In this document: positions 56,817-62,843 of the stretch, piece by piece
Layout: each line of letters opens with the position of its first letter
How positions within the stretch are numbered: position 1 is the first letter of the stretch
DNA from: Thermoplasmatota archaeon
Lineage (GTDB): Archaea > Thermoplasmatota > Penumbrarchaeia > Penumbrarchaeales > Penumbrarchaeaceae
NCBI GenBank assembly: GCA_965234725.1
Contig: CBDDUX010000071.1
Span: 1 to 62,843 of the forward strand
Length of the DNA: 62,843 bases
Direction of reading: 5' to 3'
The notes under the pieces: model-generated
The model's database searches: none
The model's input: only the letters and a program-made list of their open reading frames with translations
What the model was told of the DNA's origin: nothing
Program-made: the position numbers and the translations under genes

Positions 56817-58859
56817 TCAGTAGGTCTCCTTGTCAAGGGTCTCTTTCAGAAGAGCGGGATCAGTGGTGGGAACATTACAGTTCCAACCCTCACACACATA
56901 TGCGGTCGTCCTCCCGTCGAGAGGTATGTTCTCAATGGTGAAAGGTGCAAATCCTTCCATTTCCCGGCCGCTTTCATCCATTTTCTTGAGTAGAAGGACC
57001 TTCTGAGGTAGGTAGATCTTCCTTATGGAATCTATCATATCCAGTGTTATATCCCTGTTCTCACCCTCGGCAATAACGATCTCTCTAGATGGTCCGACCG
57101 CATGCATATATGTTGAAAGCATCATGGCAAATCCTGTGGGTGCCCTCTTCATATCCTCTGAGAAATGTGAGAAGGTCCTCTCGGTCATATCCTCGTATTT
57201 GGTCCTCCCCGTCATCCTCGAGACCCTGATCAGGACCAAAGCTGCTATTGAGTTCCCGGATGGAATGGCTCCGTCATACGCTTCCTTCTCCCTTGAAATA
57301 AGGACCTCTGAATCCATGGAGGTCTGATAGAATCCGCCTTCCTCCTTATCGAAGAAGTCCCGAACCATCCTTTCTGCCAGATCAATACCTTTTTTCAGGT
57401 ATCCAATTTCAAATGTGGCCTCATAGAGGTCGAGATAAGCCAAAGAGAGGAATGCAATATCATCAAGCATCATTGGGACGGCTCTTTCTCCATCCATGAA
57501 CCTGTGGAACCATTTCCCCTCATGACTGGAATGGTTTTCAAGAGCGTTCATAGCTTCTACTGCCATCTTGATCAACCTTTCATCCTGAAAAGCCTGTCCT
57601 GCCTTTGAAAGGGATGAGATCATAAGGGCGTTCCAGTCCGTCAGTATCTTCTCATCCCGGGATGGTCTGATCCGTTTTTCCCTTTCGATCCTCAGGAATT
57701 CCAGGTCATTCTCAAATCCTGCGGTTTCGGACCCGATCCCAAGATGCAAGATGTTCTTTCCAGTTCTTCTTCCACTCGATTCGTCATGGAAGTTACCCTC
57801 CTTTTTCACATTGAAATGGGATGCGAACTTTTTTCCTTCATCTTTTCCAAGTACACTGATGATCCCATCAAGGTCCCAAACATAGAACTTGCCCTCTTCT
57901 CCTTCCGAATCCGCATCCTCAGCTGAATAGAACAGACCATCTTTTGATGTCATGTCCCTTTGAATATAGTCTATGGTCCTCTCCACGGTCTTTTTATAAT
58001 ATTCATTCCTGGTGATCAGATACGCCTCGGTGAAAGCCGATATCAACATGGCCTGGTCGTAGAGCATCTTCTCGAAATGGGGTACCATCCATTTTCTGTC
58101 CGTGGAATACCTGTGGAAACCCCCGCCAACATTATCGTTTATCCCACCAGATCCTATGGCTTGAAGGGTCCTTTCAGCCATCTCAAGGGCTTTTGGGTTC
58201 TTCGTCCTTTTATGATACCTCATGAGAAAAAGAAGCTGATGGGGGGATGGGAACTTGGGTTGGCTCCCGAACCCTCCGAATTCACTGTCATACTGTTTCG
58301 AGAAATTATCAAAGGAACGATCAAGGACCTCAGTGGTCAATGCACCTCCCTTCGTTCTCTTCTCTGTTCTCATTGCATTGACGATCTCCCTCGAGCTTGA
58401 AAGGAGACCTTCTCTATCATTCTTCCATAGATGATCGATCCTGACTATCAGATCGATAAGACCCATCATGCCGTATCTAGCATCCCTGGGTATGTAGGTC
58501 GCCGCAAAGAACGGTTCTCCCTCCGGTGTCATGAATATTGAAAGGGGCCATCCTCCCCTGCCTGTTGCAAGCATGGCTGCCTTCATGTAGACGGAATCGA
58601 TATCCGGTCTCTCCTCCCTGTCCACCTTTATCGAGATGAATACTTCGTTCATCCTGCTCGCAACTTCCTCATCCTCGAAGGATTCATGGGCCATCACATG
58701 GCACCAGTGGCATGTGGAATAACCGATGGATAAGAATATCGGCTTATCCGCCTTTTTTGCTTTTTTAAAAGCATCCTCACCCCATGGATGCCAATCAACC
58801 GGATTTTCCGCATGCTGTTTAAGATAGGGGCTCTTTGCATCTACAAGATGGTTCGGCAT
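56817..58859 (-). CDS. Thioredoxin domain-containing protein, YyaL/SSP411 family
   Basis: [47 protein letters not shown]. Confidence 0.95.
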   Translation of the reverse strand: MPNHLVDAKSPYLKQHAENPVDWHPWGEDAFKKAKKADKPIFLSIGYSTCHWCHVMAHESFEDEEVASRMNEVFISIKVDREERPDIDSVYMKAAMLATGRGGWPLSIFMTPEGEPFFAATYIPRDARYGMMGLIDLIVRIDHLWKNDREGLLSSSREIVNAMRTEKRTKGGALTTEVLDRSFDNFSKQYDSEFGGFGSQPKFPSPHQLLFLMRYHKRTKNPKALEMAERTLQAIGSGGINDNVGGGFHRYSTDRKWMVPHFEKMLYDQAMLISAFTEAYLITRNEYYKKTVERTIDYIQRDMTSKDGLFYSAEDADSEGEEGKFYVWDLDGIISVLGKDEGKKFASHFNVKKEGNFHDESSGRRTGKNILHLGIGSETAGFENDLEFLRIEREKRIRPSRDEKILTDWNALMISSLSKAGQAFQDERLIKMAVEAMNALENHSSHEGKWFHRFMDGERAVPMMLDDIAFLSLAYLDLYEATFEIGYLKKGIDLAERMVRDFFDKEEGGFYQTSMDSEVLISREKEAYDGAIPSGNSIAALVLIRVSRMTGRTKYEDMTERTFSHFSEDMKRAPTGFAMMLSTYMHAVGPSREIVIAEGENRDITLDMIDSIRKIYLPQKVLLLKKMDESGREMEGFAPFTIENIPLDGRTTAYVCEGWNCNVPTTDPALLKETLDKETY

Positions 58860-58914
58860 GATGGTCCCTGCATCCGATGGCCGTTGGAGAATAATCAAAT
58901 GCCCCATCACATGT

Positions 58915-60327
58915 TCAGGTGAACTTCTTCCTGATCATCTGGCCCCAATTCTTCTTTCTCCTGATCAGATCGAAGGTACCCTTCAACCTCCACCAGGTCA
59001 CAAGCTGCCTGTAACCCATGTTCTCAAATATTGAGAGAAGCACTAGCATGAAGAGGTCCTTCGGGTTTTTGTATTTCTTCACGGTGGTCTCTTCCAGGAT
59101 CAGAGATGTGAGGGAAAGAATGATACCAAGGACAATGGCCAGGAATAAAAAGATGAAGAAAAATGGGACGTTGATCCAACCCATCAGGACAGAAATGGTG
59201 ACAAAGATATAACCCACTGTCTCGAATATGGGACCTGCTGCTTCGAACAGGGTGAAGAAGGGCATGGAGATCATTCCCACGGCTCCATACCGGGGGTTGA
59301 ACATCATCTGTTTGTTCAGAGTAATGCTTTCGATCAAGCCCCTCTGCCATCTATTTCGCTGGTTCCTGAGGATCTTCCAATCGTCTGGGGCCTGGGTCCA
59401 GCAGACAGGGTCCGGTATGAACAGGACCTTGTAATCACGGTCCCATTCCCTCATCTTCCGATGCATTCTGACGACCAGCTCCATATCCTCCCCGACAGTA
59501 TCTGTCCTGTAACCACCCACCTCCAACACGGTCTGTCTGTGAAAGAGCCCGAAGGCCCCTGATATTATCAGCAGTGCATTGATCTCATTGAAACCGGACC
59601 TTCCGCACAGAAAAGCCCTGATATATTCCACTGCCTGGATAGCTGGCAGGAATTTCTTTGGCAGTCTCGCCTCAAGGACCTCACCATCCTTGATCCTGCA
59701 GTCGTTTGCAATACGGATTATTCCCCCCAGTGCGATTATATTACCGCTTTCCGTTAGATATTCCTCAATGAGTCTTGTCAGAGCTCCCTTTTCCAAGAGA
59801 GAGTCCGCATCGATGGCACAAAAGAGCCGTGACCTTGAGAAGTTGATGCCCGCATTCAGTGCATCGGCCTTCCCGCCGTTCTCCTTGTCGATCACCCAGA
59901 GGTTCTTGTGAAGTTTAGAACGATAAACACCCTTTACCTTCTGTGTCTTGAGTGCTTTTCCACTGGACCTTCTCCTCTTTATCAGTTTGAACTCCTTTTT
60001 AAGGACATCCATGGTACCGTCTCTGGAGCCGTCATTGATCACTATTACCTCAAGCTCCGGATAATCGAGGTTCAATTGGGATTTGAGGCTCTCTGCAATG
60101 GTGACCTCTTCATTGTAGGCGGGAGAAAGGACGCTCACTGAAGGAAGGATGGGAACCTCCATCATGTTCCTGAACCTGGACCCGGACCTTACCTTGAATT
60201 TGAACAGCTGATGTGCTGCCATTAAGGAGAGAATAAGGTAAAAGAGGTTCAGGGCTGCAAAGTAGAGAAGGATCGCTATGTTGAAGAAGAGAACGAACCC
60301 TTCGAGAAATGAGAGGAACCAACCCAT
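58915..60327 (-). CDS. Processive GT2 glycosyltransferase (PgaC/IcaA-like)
   Basis: [31 protein letters not shown]; flanking TMs; start reassigned to the ATG 2 nt after the upstream stop. Confidence 0.92.
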   Translation of the reverse strand: MGWFLSFLEGFVLFFNIAILLYFAALNLFYLILSLMAAHQLFKFKVRSGSRFRNMMEVPILPSVSVLSPAYNEEVTIAESLKSQLNLDYPELEVIVINDGSRDGTMDVLKKEFKLIKRRRSSGKALKTQKVKGVYRSKLHKNLWVIDKENGGKADALNAGINFSRSRLFCAIDADSLLEKGALTRLIEEYLTESGNIIALGGIIRIANDCRIKDGEVLEARLPKKFLPAIQAVEYIRAFLCGRSGFNEINALLIISGAFGLFHRQTVLEVGGYRTDTVGEDMELVVRMHRKMREWDRDYKVLFIPDPVCWTQAPDDWKILRNQRNRWQRGLIESITLNKQMMFNPRYGAVGMISMPFFTLFEAAGPIFETVGYIFVTISVLMGWINVPFFFIFLFLAIVLGIILSLTSLILEETTVKKYKNPKDLFMLVLLSIFENMGYRQLVTWWRLKGTFDLIRRKKNWGQMIRKKFT

Positions 60328-60328
60328 C

Positions 60329-61402
60329 TCAAACGAACTCCTTCCCGATCTCAGGTTCCCTGGACGAAAGGTCCATGATGGCTGCGTTCCCTTCCCATCC
60401 TTTCCGTGAAAGATTGGCAAATGCCTTGACCTTGACATCGTGGTCCTTGTCCCTGGCGAGCTTCTCTAGTGCGCCTATCCCGTATGCATCGGGATTGCTA
60501 CCAAGGGACTCGGCTACGGCGGACCTCACTTCCTTATCCGGGTCTTCCACCATCGATTCCAGGACCTTTAGTGCCTTGCCTCCACCAACCCTCCCCAAAG
60601 ATCTTGCAGCTTCGACCCTGACATCCGGGTCCCTGTCATCTGATAACTTTTTCAATATTGGAACAGCCTCGATCAACTTCTTCTTCCCCGAAAGCATCGC
60701 AGCTGCCTTTCTGACCGCTGGAAGCGGATCTCTTGCCAGTTCCTTGATGTGAACCGGATCAATGTCCATCCTCAAGAGCTCCAGGGTCAATTCCTTATGG
60801 ATGGAGGGGTGGTTCCACTGGTATAATGACCCGAGGTGTTGGGGCAGGTATCGTGATCGTAGGGTCGATAGATATGATACAGCCGAGATGGCCAGCTCCT
60901 CCTCGTTTGATGTGATCAGCTCAAGGGCGATATCCTCCGCATCATTGAGCTCCAGTCTGGACAACCTGCCAAAAGCCACGGTCCTCTTCCACCAGGGTCC
61001 GTTCCTAAGCTGCTCAAGATCATCCGATACGAACCCCATCTCCCGGTAGAGCATCCTGAGCCTTCTCTTCTTTCTCTCCTCAAGGGATGATGGTGCTCTT
61101 ACCTCAACGGGGATGTTCTCCTCATTCCCCCCGGCGTAGAAGAATATCAAAAGGTCCCGGAATGCCTTCCTCTCATTCTCCTCGACCTCGATAGTCTTGA
61201 TATTATCCTTCCCTGAAAGATGGTCTTCCAATCTCTTCTTCCACTGAGGATACCACTTGTCCCTCTTCCTGCCTTTCCGGAGGTTACTGATACTGATCGC
61301 GGAATAGGCTATGATCTGAACGAAAAGGATCAACGATACGAATAGAAGGATATAAATGACCAGTTCCATGAGGACCCCGTCCATCCCTCGTATAAGTACC
61401 AT
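60329..61402 (-). CDS. Membrane-anchored HEAT repeat protein
   Basis: N-terminal TM; DP.P.VR..AA..LG repeats. Confidence 0.9.
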   Translation of the reverse strand: MVLIRGMDGVLMELVIYILLFVSLILFVQIIAYSAISISNLRKGRKRDKWYPQWKKRLEDHLSGKDNIKTIEVEENERKAFRDLLIFFYAGGNEENIPVEVRAPSSLEERKKRRLRMLYREMGFVSDDLEQLRNGPWWKRTVAFGRLSRLELNDAEDIALELITSNEEELAISAVSYLSTLRSRYLPQHLGSLYQWNHPSIHKELTLELLRMDIDPVHIKELARDPLPAVRKAAAMLSGKKKLIEAVPILKKLSDDRDPDVRVEAARSLGRVGGGKALKVLESMVEDPDKEVRSAVAESLGSNPDAYGIGALEKLARDKDHDVKVKAFANLSRKGWEGNAAIMDLSSREPEIGKEFV

Positions 61403-61642
61403 TCACAAGTACACGAGTCAATTATAATATAAATGTTACGCAACACTCTATTATTTGGTGATAATAACTATTTTCTAAATAAATTTCGTCATTTTGATTG
61501 GGAGTCCCCGGGATGTCCCAACGCCATTATCCAAATTTTTTCCGCTTTAGGAATGATTGTTAAATGTTATCAAAAAAAAACTCCAATGTACATCCAATTT
61601 CGCAAATTGATAATATATTGCCCATAAGCTCAGAGAGGGACT

Positions 61643-62380
61643 CTACCATTGGACAAAGTGTCCTTTCTGAACAATCGGTTCGTTCAACTTCTTTCCCCTG
61701 ATGTATACCATTTCCACACCCTTTCCGATCTTCAGATCGATCGATCCATTCCCCACCATGATCGCTCCATTCCCAGGTCCTATGACCTGATCATCTAGAT
61801 GGACCCGTCCGGATGACACATAGATGAAACCGTTCTCCTCTTCCGTTTTTGAGACCCGCAGGGTTCCTTCTACATCCCCGGTTTCGATCAGCTTCCATTC
61901 CATGGAAATCATGGTCCTGACGGGTGAACCATCCCCGATCAAGGTCCTTACCTTCAAACCGTCCTCATTCTGGACCGGCATGGCCGATGATTTCTCCTCC
62001 TTGAAGATCACGGATGTGTTCCTATGTCCTTCCGGTATCTTTATCCACAGGAGATATCCTCTGACGGTTTCCCCTCCTTCCGGTCTTTCTGAATGCTCGA
62101 ACCCTTCACCGGCAACGAACCTCCTAACATCACCTGGATCGATAGCACCTTTGTTCCCCTGATTATCCTCGTATATTGTCCTCCCCTCCATCAGGATCTG
62201 GAATCCCTCGAATCCACTATGGGGATGCTGAGGGAAGAAGGCATCCTTTGAAACATGATACTCATCAAAAAGAACGAATGGATCCAGATGACCCATTTGG
62301 CCGTGGATAAACCTTCTTGCTCTGGCCCCAACACCTTCATCTTCCAAAACCGGTTCAGCCACTTGAAGTCTCAGGCCCAT
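61643..62380 (-). CDS. Pirin family protein
   Basis: DPFVLFD, FPQHPHSGFE, AGEGFEHSE, LWI, EPIVQKGHFV. Confidence 0.9.
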   Translation of the reverse strand: MGLRLQVAEPVLEDEGVGARARRFIHGQMGHLDPFVLFDEYHVSKDAFFPQHPHSGFEGFQILMEGRTIYEDNQGNKGAIDPGDVRRFVAGEGFEHSERPEGGETVRGYLLWIKIPEGHRNTSVIFKEEKSSAMPVQNEDGLKVRTLIGDGSPVRTMISMEWKLIETGDVEGTLRVSKTEEENGFIYVSSGRVHLDDQVIGPGNGAIMVGNGSIDLKIGKGVEMVYIRGKKLNEPIVQKGHFVQW

Positions 62381-62480
62381 ACCTCCAAAATTCAGAATAG
62401 GTCGAATATATCAACCACTTTATATCTGGAGAATGGACTGCTTCAGAAGTATAGATATCCCCGAATATATTCAAAAAGGC

Positions 62481-62627
62481 TCAAGCGGTGACTTCAAGAA
62501 GGCCCATCCGCCTCATTTCTTCAACAAGGTCATTGTCAACGAGTATATCGAGGTCCTCTTCTATCTCATCCCTTATCTCGTGGAGCTGGTTTGCAAGTCT
62601 TTTCATTGCATTGCGGTCTTTTACCAT
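62481..62627 (-). CDS. 48-aa helical microprotein (not in ORF track)
   Basis: MVKDRNAMKRLANQLHEIRDEIEEDLDILVDNDLVEEMRRMGLLEVTA; SD AGGTG; TTTATATA box at about 62662-62669. Confidence 0.7.
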   Translation of the reverse strand: MVKDRNAMKRLANQLHEIRDEIEEDLDILVDNDLVEEMRRMGLLEVTA

Positions 62628-62843
62628 AAACACACCTAGATAATTTCACGAGAAACGGGCTTATATAAACTTGACCATAATAATACTAAATAATGTAAAT
62701 AATATCAATACAGAGATGTACCCGTTAGGTAATAAGAATATACGTATATGTCTAATTATGTACATCTATTCAACTTCAGGAATAAGGTAAAAGAAGCACT
62801 CATGACCCTACGGGCCACACATAAGGATGAAAATCGGTTGGTC

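Noticed and set aside
60328..60438. N-terminal extension of the GT2 ORF (similar cases at hutH 17948-18058 and amidohydrolase 7973-8095)
   Set aside because: Overlaps a neighbouring gene or promoter DNA; downstream ATGs fit better
61403..61642. AT-rich intergenic region with hairpin TTGGGA...TCCCAA as ncRNA or replication origin
   Set aside because: A single short hairpin; no ORB-like repeats or cdc6 nearby
218..62639. Numerous 60-210 aa antisense or alternate-frame ORFs in the track
   Set aside because: They shadow well-supported genes and lack motifs or SD sites
62802..62843. Possible gene start ATGACCCTA... at the window edge
   Set aside because: Only 14 codons are visible, so it cannot be supported

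Overview
Archaeal chromosomal segment, most likely from an uncultured Thermoplasmatota lineage. This is inferred from type II GAPDH, eL15, aIF5B, MBF1, TrmI, GGTG/GGAGG-type SD sites, TATA boxes and many giant membrane-anchored surface proteins. About 45 genes are present: scattered housekeeping genes (gap, birA, hutH, rpl15e, trmI, nadX, udg, mbf1, infB), five glycosyltransferases, ion and amino-acid transporters, an MMPL exporter and six large secreted multidomain proteins (GH-like/cadherin, two beta-helix proteins, an S8 peptidase, a PQQ-type propeller and a LamG-caspase). I found no rRNA, tRNA, CRISPR array or mobile element. The best candidate for an undescribed system is a solo Cas4-like Fe-S nuclease whose domain is split by about 8 transmembrane helices (21560-23059). 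Other items of note: a secreted LamG-caspase coupled to an anchored propeller protein; a Cys-Ser-Gly MIO variant of histidine ammonia-lyase; a membrane polyferredoxin plus CxxC/thioredoxin pair; two unknown genes coupled between nadX and udg; a structured eL15 leader; three microproteins missing from the ORF track; a frameshifted CMD gene; and a cupin remnant. All family calls come from motifs read by eye; no searches were run.
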